Below, in pieces: positions 37,358-47,633 of a stretch of 64,000 bases of DNA. The translations under genes and the position numbers were made by a program. Position 1 is the first letter of the stretch; each line of letters starts with the position of its first letter. The DNA is from Meyerozyma guilliermondii. Its lineage: Eukaryota. The stretch covers positions 682,001 to 746,000 of the forward strand of contig CP128821.1 of assembly GCA_051546255.1 (NCBI GenBank). The letters run 5' to 3'. The notes below the pieces were generated by a model. That model had not been told where the DNA came from, ran no database searches, and worked only from the letters and a program-made list of their open reading frames with translations.

Positions 37358-38128
37358 CTAATCGCTATTTTTACGAACTATTGCCCACCAGTTATCTTTT
37401 TCATAACCGGCCTTGCTTATAACACAACCAGGGACCTCTCCAATATCTTGCTCGAGCTCTCCCTGTCTATAAAGATGGTAATATCTGTAATTGACATTCT
37501 TCTCAACCACTGGCGCCTCAACTCCTGTACCCTGGTCCGACTGATCTCTCAGAGAAGATTTGTTAGTGCCCTTACTCAGCTTCTTTTGTGTTACCCATGG
37601 AACGAGTACGTCCTGTTCATCCCCCGACTTGTAACCTCGTCTCGACTTCTCTTGTTCAAGTGCCCAACAGTAGACTAATAACTCTCCATTGGTTTTGATT
37701 TTAGACATGATTTCTTCTATAGCTTTGATCCTCCTTTCTCTAGTAGAGAAATGGTGAATAACCGCGATCGAAATCGCAAAGTCAAAGACACCGTTTGGAT
37801 GAGGTAAATTAAGTCCATCAGCTAAAGCAACTTCGTACTTGTTATTTGAAATTTTTTTCGCACACTCAATCAAGCCTATGGATCTGTCCGAGCCAATTAT
37901 ACATAGCTTAGGGTTTACTGCCAAATATTTTCCATTGCCACATCCAACATCGATACCTATGGAGTGATCTTCCCTGGATAAGAGAAATTCTTCAACTATT
38001 GGCCACGGTTTGTATCGTGTCTGCGAAAAGTGCGGAGCTATCTCATTGTAAACATCATGGACGAAATGCGCTTCTCGTTCCCTTGGATCTGCTATGGCAT
38101 CTAAAGAAGGTGAGGACATCGAGCTCAT
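37358..38128 (-). CDS. TRM9: tRNA mcm5U34 methyltransferase
   Basis: VYNEIAPHFSQTRYKPWP, DVGCGNGKY, ISIAVIHH and RYYHLY..GEL. Confidence 0.95.
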   Translation of the reverse strand: MSSMSSPSLDAIADPREREAHFVHDVYNEIAPHFSQTRYKPWPIVEEFLLSREDHSIGIDVGCGNGKYLAVNPKLCIIGSDRSIGLIECAKKISNNKYEVALADGLNLPHPNGVFDFAISIAVIHHFSTRERRIKAIEEIMSKIKTNGELLVYCWALEQEKSRRGYKSGDEQDVLVPWVTQKKLSKGTNKSSLRDQSDQGTGVEAPVVEKNVNYRYYHLYRQGELEQDIGEVPGCVISKAGYEKDNWWAIVRKNSD

Positions 38129-38415
38129 CAGGCATCTCGAATCAAAACTATTGACACTCTATATACAGGAGCAACACAACGAACTAAATCTGATCAAGCC
38201 AGATAAATTTAAATGGCATTGGGTTTAGGAGGGTTCAAATCCGAAAGCACGCTCATGTTCATCTTTCAACTTTATATTGACTGCTTGTTGAAGACGTAAT
38301 TAGCTTTGCTCAACTACGTTGCAACGCTTGAGGCGAAGCGGGATTATAATGCATTACGTAACAGACAATATATTGGCTCAATTCTGGCTCATAACTTGAA
38401 TAATTTCCAGAGTTG

Positions 38416-39609
38416 ATGAGACTGTGGTTACATCTTATTGTATCCCTTTCTATTGCAATATTCCTCACAAAAAAATTCACTTCTACGAACGATGGCAGAA
38501 CTGATCAATTGAGATCATTGAAAGAGTATATTGACCACGTCCTTCCAATTACAGTGCCGGTCACCTTGGAGTTTGGAGACACTGGTTTCGCATTTCCAGA
38601 CTTAGTAAAGGCAACTCAGATTCAAGTAGACTCCCATTTGAAGAGTATCGGTCAGGAGAGATATGAAGTTGTTTTATTGGATAATCTTTACGTTGACCCA
38701 CTACGAAATAGTTCAATAACTGCGGTTGATCATAACTCTACATCCAACGACTATGCAGTTGAAATGGTCCACGCAAGCGAAAATTTCGTGGTTATTGACT
38801 CAAACAAGTTAAAAGCTTTCAATTTTTATAGCTCAGCCGCTATACACGAGAACGATATACCCTATTTTGTTGCTCAATGCATACTATACCATTTACTAAG
38901 GACTGACCTAAGTCTCTTACAAAGACCCAACGCTACAGTTTACCTGCCACAATTACATGTAAACTTGGTAAGCGTTTTCTTGAATGGAGATGATTATATT
39001 GACATTCCCACTGAAGAGTACAAAAGAGAAGTTCTCCACGACTTTTTGAAAGAGGTTTCATATTACTGCTCGGTAAAAGTGCAATGCCACACATTGAATT
39101 CCACTGAAAATTCGATTACGGATGATTTACGGCAGTTTGAGTCAAAAGACACACTAAACCTCATATATTCTCATGTGAGCAACAAATATCGATTACTGAA
39201 CCTTTTGCCTAGCCATGACATTTCTTACTTTGATTTTAGAGAGCCAGTAGTCACCAGACAAGATCTTTGGCCCTTCTTGTATCATGTTCGCAATGCAATT
39301 GCCTCATACTTGGAATTGCCTGCCTTTCCCAGAGACAACATACGAATGAAACTTTGGGCGATGAAGAAGCACAACACAATCAAGTTCCTTCTGGAAACTG
39401 TGACAACCTTACAGCAATTTGACCGCAGCTGCAATACCAGCAGCATGAGTCGCAAGAAATATCAATCAGAAGTCGAAGAAATCGTTGGTACCATTGCAAG
39501 CTTTAATAACAACAAGACACAGCCCAATTGGGACATTTTATTCCAAAGATCATGGACTGTTCTAACGAATGCCCAGCATGTCTCAGCCGAGTGTTCTGTG
39601 GTTCAGTGA
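38416..39609 (+). CDS. Diverged GPI-transamidase subunit Gpi17/PIG-S-like protein lacking the C-terminal TM
   Basis: N-terminal TM; FPDLVKATQIQV and AAIHENDIPYFVAQ resemble Gpi17 FPDVHDAIQVQV and AAVLSNDLPFFVAQ; lies near PPM1 and PPZ. Confidence 0.7.
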   Translation: MRLWLHLIVSLSIAIFLTKKFTSTNDGRTDQLRSLKEYIDHVLPITVPVTLEFGDTGFAFPDLVKATQIQVDSHLKSIGQERYEVVLLDNLYVDPLRNSSITAVDHNSTSNDYAVEMVHASENFVVIDSNKLKAFNFYSSAAIHENDIPYFVAQCILYHLLRTDLSLLQRPNATVYLPQLHVNLVSVFLNGDDYIDIPTEEYKREVLHDFLKEVSYYCSVKVQCHTLNSTENSITDDLRQFESKDTLNLIYSHVSNKYRLLNLLPSHDISYFDFREPVVTRQDLWPFLYHVRNAIASYLELPAFPRDNIRMKLWAMKKHNTIKFLLETVTTLQQFDRSCNTSSMSRKKYQSEVEEIVGTIASFNNNKTQPNWDILFQRSWTVLTNAQHVSAECSVVQ

Positions 39610-39696
39610 GATCACTATCATTAGCATACACCCAATATATTATATACGCAGGAATAAGTTTAATTTGCGAAGTGAAGTGGAAAAGTATCAAATATC

Positions 39697-40422
39697 ATGA
39701 GCGATACAGATAGCAGTGATGCACTTAGCGACGTCAGTTTAGATGAAGAGGACGAGGAACTAATTTGGAGAGTGTTTTACAACACGCGTGAGCGTAACTT
39801 GAGAGCCGAGAGCCATGAATTTGAGATGGACGATCAAGTCGAAGTCGAAAGCATAAGCGATTTGTCTGACATTGATGAGCCAGAGCTAGTGAATGAATAC
39901 CGCAACCTAAAAAACGGTACAATAGGTCAAAATTTGACACAAGAGGAGAAAAACAAACTTATTGTAAGTGCATTTTCTGAGGATCATATGGATCGGTTTG
40001 TTGCTTACCGACGTGTAGGTATAAACAAACCAGGAATAAAGAAACTATGTAACGGCTTCCTTGGCCAGTCAGTATCCCAGAATATGGCGATTGCACTTTC
40101 TGGTATATCAAAAGTATTTTTAGGGGAGATAATTACAAGGGCTTTTGAAATCCAAGACCGCGAATACCGGGCACAATTAAGGGACGAAATAGAAGACAAA
40201 AAGAAAAAGAAACTGGAACGAATTACGAAGTTGGACAACAAAGAAACTGACGAGACTGAAAGTGCTGGCCTTCCAAGGCTTGAGTACAATGGTGATACTA
40301 CACGACCCCTCCAACCATGCCACATTCGGGAAGCTTGGAGGCTTTATAGGCTTGAGAATGAAGGGGCATTCAGTGGACAAAGACGAAGACAGGGTGAAGC
40401 AGATGGCAGGTTCTTTCGTTGA
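39697..40422 (+). CDS. TAF11: TFIID subunit Taf11
   Basis: MDRF.AYRR..INKPGIKK, SGISKVFLGEII and PLQPCHIREAWRLY histone fold. Confidence 0.92.
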   Translation: MSDTDSSDALSDVSLDEEDEELIWRVFYNTRERNLRAESHEFEMDDQVEVESISDLSDIDEPELVNEYRNLKNGTIGQNLTQEEKNKLIVSAFSEDHMDRFVAYRRVGINKPGIKKLCNGFLGQSVSQNMAIALSGISKVFLGEIITRAFEIQDREYRAQLRDEIEDKKKKKLERITKLDNKETDETESAGLPRLEYNGDTTRPLQPCHIREAWRLYRLENEGAFSGQRRRQGEADGRFFR

Positions 40423-40585
40423 TACATCGCTATAGCATTTTATTCCCGTATCGATGGTAGTAAAATCTGAACATGTGGACGCACACATCCCTACAGCGCT
40501 CTGTTGCATATTTACATTGTGAACGATTCCATTGCATTTCAAAAATCCTAACTGTATTGAACTCAAGGTGATATCGAGCGAACAC

Positions 40586-42253
40586 TCAATTGGCGGGAGA
40601 GATTCCAACTTTGTTGGCATATTCTTCGGCATTCAACTTCTCGAATTTCACTTCTAAGCGGTTGGCAAGTGTCTTACCTAAATCTTCATCCATGACACCG
40701 AAAAGAAGAGCAAGTCTTTCCTTAATGTAGCTCTTCGTAATGGTTGATGCATGTCCCACGACTGCTTCCACAAAATATTTACGTTGCTCATCGTTAAACA
40801 CCTTTTGGTACAACGCGCGAGGCTGTTCGACGTCCAATTCGGAGAAGCCAGAGATGTAATCGTACGAATTCAACCAAATCTTTTCATCGTGAGCTCTCTT
40901 GGCTCTTTCACTTTGCAATACCGTGTACTTGTCAGTTTCCTTCTTGGTTACTACTCCAATGTATTTTGCTCTTTCAGTGGTTCCCAAGCCATTGGAATAC
41001 TCCTTAGGATTTGATGAAACCGCGTTAATTGGTTGCAAACTACTCAAGTAATTCGGTCTGCTTCCTTGATTGTCAAAAACTGCGGGTCCATCGCGTTGCA
41101 AGTTTCCAGCCAAGAAGGGACAACCTGATCCTTTTTCGAAAGTTCTTGGCCTATTCACTGGAAGCTGCTGGTAATTTGTTCCTAATCTGTGACGATGGGT
41201 GTCCGAGTATGAATACAAACGAGACTGTAAGACTGGATCATTTGATGGCTCAAGACCTGGTACCAAGTGTGCTGGAGAAAAGGCCAATTGCTCTATTTCA
41301 GCATGATAGTTCTCAGGATTTTTATCAAGAACAATCTTTCCAAACTTTCTCAAAGGAAACTCCTTATGTGGCCAAACTTTCGTCAAGTCGTTAATTGAAA
41401 ACCGAAAATTTTCAGCTTGTTCAGGACTCATAGTTTGCACATAAACGGAGTAAGTGGGGAACTTCTTCTCAGCGATCCTGTCGTACAAATCTTTGATATG
41501 GTACTCAGGCGCAGCACCTGCTAATTCATTTGCTTCTTCAATAGAAAGCGTTGGAAATCCGTCGTCGGCTAAAACGTGAAGTTGAATGTAGTTGAACAGT
41601 CCATCTTCCTTCACAAATTTGAATGTATGGCCCGAATAGCCATGCATTCCGGCCCAAGTCTTGGGTGTTCCCCGTGGACCAAACATGTAGGTGATTTGAT
41701 GGAGACACTCAGGATTGAGAGTGTAATAATCCCAAGTCATTGTTGAATCCATGTTTTGATTGAGGTGAGTTGACGGATCCCTCTTTTGGGTATGAATGAA
41801 TTTGGCAAACTTATTAGGATCACGAATGAAAAACACTGGTGTATTGTTGAACACCCAATCCATGTTTCCTATGTCAGTTTTGAACTTAATTGAATACCCT
41901 CTTGGATCACGAAGAGTATCAGGTGTTCCTCTTTCTCCACCAACTGTGGAAAATCTGATTGAGACTGGACACTTATAACCTACTGTCTGAAATGGACGAG
42001 CGTAGGTGAGATCAGATAACGAATCAGTGAGCTCAAAATATCCATGGGCACCTCCACCTTTAGCATGAACAACCCTCTCTGGAATACGTTCCTGATCAAA
42101 ATGACTAAGATCGTCAATCAAGTTGAAGTCTTGCAATAACAAGGGGCCACCAGGGCCTGCAGTTTGGGCTCCTAGTGGATGAGCCGAGTATGGCACACCA
42201 TTGGAGGTCGCGTACACGGCGTCGTCTTTCTGTGTGTAATATTCGGAGACCAT
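40586..42253 (-). CDS. CTT1: Cytosolic catalase T type
   Basis: FDQERIPERVVHAKG, RFSTVGGE, DWVFNNTPVFF and RLYSYSDT; ELTDSLSD.TYA..VGYKCP is Ctt1-like; no PTS1. Confidence 0.88.
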   Translation of the reverse strand: MVSEYYTQKDDAVYATSNGVPYSAHPLGAQTAGPGGPLLLQDFNLIDDLSHFDQERIPERVVHAKGGGAHGYFELTDSLSDLTYARPFQTVGYKCPVSIRFSTVGGERGTPDTLRDPRGYSIKFKTDIGNMDWVFNNTPVFFIRDPNKFAKFIHTQKRDPSTHLNQNMDSTMTWDYYTLNPECLHQITYMFGPRGTPKTWAGMHGYSGHTFKFVKEDGLFNYIQLHVLADDGFPTLSIEEANELAGAAPEYHIKDLYDRIAEKKFPTYSVYVQTMSPEQAENFRFSINDLTKVWPHKEFPLRKFGKIVLDKNPENYHAEIEQLAFSPAHLVPGLEPSNDPVLQSRLYSYSDTHRHRLGTNYQQLPVNRPRTFEKGSGCPFLAGNLQRDGPAVFDNQGSRPNYLSSLQPINAVSSNPKEYSNGLGTTERAKYIGVVTKKETDKYTVLQSERAKRAHDEKIWLNSYDYISGFSELDVEQPRALYQKVFNDEQRKYFVEAVVGHASTITKSYIKERLALLFGVMDEDLGKTLANRLEVKFEKLNAEEYANKVGISPAN

Positions 42254-42284
42254 GATTTACAGTAGTAGTGGGAGAATTCCATCC

Positions 42285-42334
42285 TTATATACTCTGCTAT
42301 CTTAAATTGCTATGGCAGCAAGCAAGCTGACTAA
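42285..42334 (-). promoter_or_regulatory. TATA box and Yap1/Cap1-type element of the catalase gene
   Basis: TATATAA on minus strand at 42285-42291; TGACTAA (TTAGTCA) at 42328-42334. Confidence 0.5.
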
Positions 42335-42580
42335 AGTAGTTGCTGCAATCCCCAGTGGCCAGCTCCTACTTGCTGTCATAAGCACGGCTCATGCGGCTCA
42401 TGCAGCAACCACAATATACGACAAACATACGACACCCATCGTGGTACGATGAATAGATTGATTTGAGAAAATGAATATAGGGAGAATATTAGAAGCGGAG
42501 TGAACCCGTAGAACACAAGTACTAAAAACCTAACGCAAATGACAAAGGTGAGTTATATTCAAATTCAAGCAAAGCAAAAT

Positions 42581-42781
42581 TGTAGGTAAGTAGTAACAAC
42601 TTAACGCGAAAAGTGGTATTCCAGCTGACGATGAAAATGATGGCGACAATTATTTAGATCTAATAAAGAAAGCTAGAAGTAGTGTTTCGTCATCCAAAAC
42701 AGTTTCAATAGTAGGGAACTGCGGTCACAAGGGAATCAGGAACATCAAGACTGTAGGTAAGTAACAACCTAACGCGAAAAG
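42581..42781 (+). repeat. ~30-bp direct repeat, two copies 171 bp apart
   Basis: tgtaggtaagtagtaacaacttaacgcgaaaag (42581-42613) and tgtaggtaagtaacaacctaacgcgaaaag (42752-42781). Confidence 0.85.
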
Positions 42782-45170
42782 ATGACATAGGGAATGGTCA
42801 CTAGATTTTCAGAACCATCAAATTGTAGATTGGGATAGAAGAGCTGCGTCACCGCGGTAATACTGCAAACTAGTACGCCTGGGAAGCCACATAACGCGCC
42901 ACCGTAGAAGTAGCCAGTGAAAACGCATAAAGATGCTAATGTGATTCAGTGGAAACAAGTCTTCCATAAAATTTTGAGAAATCAGGAGAGATACTACTGC
43001 CTACTTCGGCATGCTCAAATGGCTGGCTTAGCAATCCAGCTCCCTTGGTTGGTATCTAGAAAGCCACTACGAAAAGAAGTTTCTTATTATATAGGCTGCT
43101 CATTATTTTGAATTCCTTTCAATTTCCGAGTCTATCGACAGGACGAGAAGTGATCCATAGACATAATGAGCTAAGGACATATCGAGAAAGGTACACCCCG
43201 CACACCTACTCCACTATCGTGCAAAATGACGAGTTACATCATTTCCATTCTTGGGTAGGTGGATGAGAATGCAAAGCTTCGACTCAAGTTGGAAACAATG
43301 TCAAAATTCTGACTATCTGTTTGACAAGAATGCTTCTCCCAACATATTTAATGCTTTGTGAGAGAGGTAATCCAGTAACTCGAGAAGAATGTTTTGGTCC
43401 ACATTTCCGATTAATGTTACGTCAATGAGGTACTTACGTAGCTACGGTACTGCAATGCTGAAACTATCTCATCTCGCAAAAGATAATACTTTTCTACGCA
43501 TCAAATAAACATGCTTAGCTTGGTCTGGCTACACATATCAACAAAGAAGGAGCGCACAACGTTTGTTCTTTTTGTTTTCCATTAACAACTATGATCAGTA
43601 GTCTTTGTAGGCACTTTAACCAAACTCGTAACGGGACCGGCCCCTGCATTTTCGAAAATGAAAGAGCACTGGTACAACATCAGTATGCATCGATACCCTT
43701 AATATCTCAGAAGATTCAGTAAGATGATCATTAAGATACCTATAAGATTCTCGTCTTACCTTGGAAAAAGATAGTAGCCATTCCTACGCTCTTTATGAAA
43801 GCGAGATTTGAAGGTGAGATGGACTGCGATAATTTGCTAGAACCTTAAACTTGTTTGCCTCCAAATAATTCTTATCTTTAATAGCTTATGAACAGAAACG
43901 TATAAAGAATTGGTTTAGGTATGATTTAATAAGGTCACAGTTTGTGTCCATAATCGTTCGTCTGCACAATCGTTGTATAATCTTATCCTCGCCTATAGTA
44001 AACTATTGAGAGATATCATGAAAATGCTACTAACTAATTGTTAAGCTTCGGTGGCCATCCATAGAAAAAACTACGTATTCTACAATAGAGACTTAGGCCA
44101 AATGATGCTATGTCGTATTGAAGCGCAACTTCATTTCGAAACATTATATGCGCGTTGGAAAATGTATTTATACCAGTTATGGTTCCACTGCAATGCTCGC
44201 TTTAGATGCCACCACAAGGAACTTCATTTGAACTCTCGGTGCATTGCATTCAAGATTGTACACCATAATGTTCGGTCAGAATTGAAGAAGTTCATTTTAA
44301 TTCTCGTCTCTGGTATACTGAGGGATCGGAAAGGTCTTTTGTATTGACATTCTTTCCTTACATTCATATTTGAACATTTCCTAGATGTCAGCTACAATTG
44401 GATCTGGCTATACTTTCTTTCATGGGAGTGATTTAAACTGATCTTTGGAGCCAGGTACGGGTATTTCTTTAGTGGTAGAAATGGCTATTTGGGTCCCTCA
44501 AGAACTATTTTAAGCGTTAGCTGCTTTCCCAACCTGATTACTGTAAGTTAAAGTAACCTATTTTTGGTGCTAATTTGCTACGCGGTTTTAACCTTTGCTA
44601 CATTAAACCACGTTCAGAATGTATAGTAACATTTACACTTTGTTTTGAAGCAGAGTAAGTACTATAGTCCAATCAAGCGACGGTCGCCGCTCATATTTGT
44701 TTGAGAACTATATTCAATACAACTGAGAAAGCCATCTCAATGTTGAACTGTACCTAATTCATGATTTGTTTCTATCAGAAGCCAGCTTTACTCTTTTTCT
44801 GTTTGATATTTTTTCTCTTATTTTTAACTTAATCTTACGCTGTTTCTGTATTATGTAGGTTCTTTTGATGTGAACTGTTTAACCCTTGTGTTGGCGACCC
44901 AGCTCTTTAATTCGCAAAATTATCATTCGGCCGATTAAAGGAATCGAGGTAGACTGAACAAGATCGGGATCGTATCTTTCTAATGTCTCGATCGTTGTTT
45001 ATATTAGAACAAATTTTGACTTTGTCAGTTTTGCATCTACCGCACGCACGGCCTACTCGTTCAACAGAGAATCGCAGTCATCGATATGTGCAGGAACGCA
45101 AGCAGCGCGATTCATTAGAACAAGAAATAGGGACTTCCTCAGGCTACGCTCAACACTACGTGGATAGAAG

Positions 45171-46049
45171 ATGTTTGCACGCTCTAAGTCGATTCTTCGG
45201 CAGACACTTCTGAGAGCACTCAAGTCCCGGCGATTGATGGCCACTCGGAATGCTTTTGATTCTCCCTTCCAATATCACAAGCGAAGTAAGCCTTATGTTC
45301 GATGGCCCTTGACTGCCGTTTCCTTTTTAGGTGGAGCTTACATGGCTTATAATGAGACTCTTTTCGACTATTATGCACGCGTGACAGATACTTCTGACTC
45401 ACTGCCGCTATCTGCATTGCAGCTTGAATACAAATTAAAAAATTTGCCCATATACGAGAGGCTCTCACATCCAAAGCCTGGAGAAAGATGGATAAAATTA
45501 TACTCGTGGGAGAATTTGGACCGAAATCTACTTGAAAGTCGTGAGTATTCAGATGCCAAAAAAACTGAGGTGGAATACCAGAAGATCTCGGTGCCGTCTC
45601 ACATTTTGGCCCAACCGGGAGGAATCATGATACAGCCTGTTATTTTTCACAACCTCGACACTGACGAATGTGTGACCATCATTCACGCCGGATACAAGCT
45701 TTGTGGTTACCCTTTTATGGTTCATGGAGGCATAATTGCTACGTTTCTCAACGAGTCCTATAAGAGGGCTGCGTCGCTCTCTAAAGAAACGAGCTCCAAC
45801 TTGAAAGGTGATTATAAAGTTGAGAACTTAACAATCAATTATAAGTCGCCTACTCTCGCGAATCAATTTTTAATTCTAAGGACAACAAAGTCGCCTAAGG
45901 AAGAGGATGATTCGAGTGTCATCAGTTTTGAAAGTAAAATTATCTCTGAAAGCGGTAAATTGTTGGTCAATAGTGAAGCTTCTTTGAGAAACACGGGGCG
46001 GGCATCGTTAGCACAAGGCTCACGATTATTCAGTTGGAGGAGTGGGTGA
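45171..46049 (+). CDS. FMP10: Mitochondrial hotdog-fold thioesterase-like protein
   Basis: Presequence, [31 protein letters not shown] and [13 protein letters not shown]. Confidence 0.8.
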   Translation: MFARSKSILRQTLLRALKSRRLMATRNAFDSPFQYHKRSKPYVRWPLTAVSFLGGAYMAYNETLFDYYARVTDTSDSLPLSALQLEYKLKNLPIYERLSHPKPGERWIKLYSWENLDRNLLESREYSDAKKTEVEYQKISVPSHILAQPGGIMIQPVIFHNLDTDECVTIIHAGYKLCGYPFMVHGGIIATFLNESYKRAASLSKETSSNLKGDYKVENLTINYKSPTLANQFLILRTTKSPKEEDDSSVISFESKIISESGKLLVNSEASLRNTGRASLAQGSRLFSWRSG

Positions 46050-46122
46050 CTTGGGTCGACATTTAAGTTATCCTGCATGTAAATCTATTGTACAAATTTT
46101 AAATCTGTGGTCGGAGAAGAGT

Positions 46123-47574
46123 ATGATTGACAAATTGGACGGGCAACAAGAGCCGAAAGTAGAAATCCTTGACATCAATGATCATGTTCAAGAGTCTTCG
46201 GATCCTGTAGTTCCTCATGAGCGCCAGATTATTGATGACATCATTGCAATTTGGAAAGAAGATCCATCTCTGGAGTCTTTGGGTGTTCCAAAACTACATG
46301 CCAAGGTGAAAAGTAGGCATCCTACCTGGTCAGTATCCGAAAAAAGAGTACGTACGCTCTTGAAAACTTATGGTCTTATCACGACGAATCAACAGTTCAC
46401 TTACGCTAATGAGATACATTCGAGAATTGTCTCGAGCATCGAGCTACCTCCGAAGGTAAAGGTCACAATGACAGCCAAGAGGGGAAAGGGTCTTTACGCA
46501 AAGACGCAGATCAGAAAGGGAGATCTTATTTGGGAAGAGAGACCTTTATTCTTCGTACCAGCTCTCGCCAATGTTAAGTTGGTAAGAACTGGAAGGGCCT
46601 GCGCATACTGTGCAAAGCTTTTGACTCAAAGGTCGAGCACTGGACTATCTGCCCTACGCGGCTTGGATTGCAATGTTTGCCCTGAATTATGGTGCTCGAA
46701 GGACTGCAAAACTCTAGATACCTTACATGCGAAATTGAAACACAATATGTCTAGTCATTCAAATGGAAAAGGCTCGAACCTTATCGACGCTAGTGGATTT
46801 ATAGCTTTGGAGGATTATTGTTTTCAAGAGCAATGGAATGCACTTTATGCAATAACTTTGATATACGCCGAAATGCAAGCTGATAAGACGAGGACTAAAG
46901 CGGAATATTTTAGCTCAATGGCACGAGTCTCCCAAAAAGTGCGTTACAAGGCCATAAATTCCTCTGCAGGTTCATTTGATACCATGCAAGGGGGCGCTCT
47001 TTTTGTTATGGAGCAACAGGAGGCATTATGGAATGAGGGTTATCAAAAATTTTTGAAGGTATTTCCTTCGGCTCATGACCAAGTCCCGTTTGAGGAGTTT
47101 ATGATGATGATGGGAACATACAACATAAATAACTTGGACTCGTGCATCTTCCTAACCCAGTCCCATTTGAATCATAGTTGCCATCCTAATACAGACGTAC
47201 AAGCCTCCACAGCGTCGCGGACTGGTCCATTGAAGGTTTTCGCGGCTCGTGACATCAAAGCTGGTGAAGAGCTTACCACTTCATATGTAAACCCTAGTCA
47301 CACATTACATCAGAGACAAAGGGAGTTGCGTGTTAATTGGGGATTTATCTGTAGCTGCCAGAGATGCAAAGATGAAGCGAAAGAACATCATAGACGGAAA
47401 TCGAGTAATGGGATGGGTGCAAAAGAAGTCCCCTCCAACATAAGGGAAATGCTCAAGGATACAAAGAGTGCAATAGGAAATTCGGAAATAGAATTGGAAA
47501 TCCCTACGGTTCAGGGAGGCGAAAGACGAAAATCTGTTAGGTTTGATGAGCATGTAATATCTGTCAATCAATGA
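46123..47574 (+). CDS. SET5: SET/MYND lysine methyltransferase
   Basis: RGKGLYA, Cys-rich zinc finger, [32 protein letters not shown] and RRKSVRFD; first ATG at 46123. Confidence 0.9.
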   Translation: MIDKLDGQQEPKVEILDINDHVQESSDPVVPHERQIIDDIIAIWKEDPSLESLGVPKLHAKVKSRHPTWSVSEKRVRTLLKTYGLITTNQQFTYANEIHSRIVSSIELPPKVKVTMTAKRGKGLYAKTQIRKGDLIWEERPLFFVPALANVKLVRTGRACAYCAKLLTQRSSTGLSALRGLDCNVCPELWCSKDCKTLDTLHAKLKHNMSSHSNGKGSNLIDASGFIALEDYCFQEQWNALYAITLIYAEMQADKTRTKAEYFSSMARVSQKVRYKAINSSAGSFDTMQGGALFVMEQQEALWNEGYQKFLKVFPSAHDQVPFEEFMMMMGTYNINNLDSCIFLTQSHLNHSCHPNTDVQASTASRTGPLKVFAARDIKAGEELTTSYVNPSHTLHQRQRELRVNWGFICSCQRCKDEAKEHHRRKSSNGMGAKEVPSNIREMLKDTKSAIGNSEIELEIPTVQGGERRKSVRFDEHVISVNQ

Positions 47575-47633
47575 AGCTACTTATTTTTCATAATATTTTG
47601 TGCGAATTTATTAAAAGGAAATAGTTTACACCT

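Larger units (their letters stand above)
42254..45170. other. 2.9-kb ORF-free interval, candidate regional centromere or long divergent regulatory region
   Basis: Largest gene-free gap in the window; only short unrecognisable ORFs; AT-rich patches. Confidence 0.4.

Noticed and set aside
38180..38260. tRNA gene around GGTTCAAATCC
   Set aside because: No 5-bp T stem, acceptor stem or anticodon arm; kept only as an orphan B-box
42917..44347. Short ORFs of 64 and 98 aa in the large gap
   Set aside because: GTG starts, no motifs, no transposase or reverse-transcriptase similarity visible
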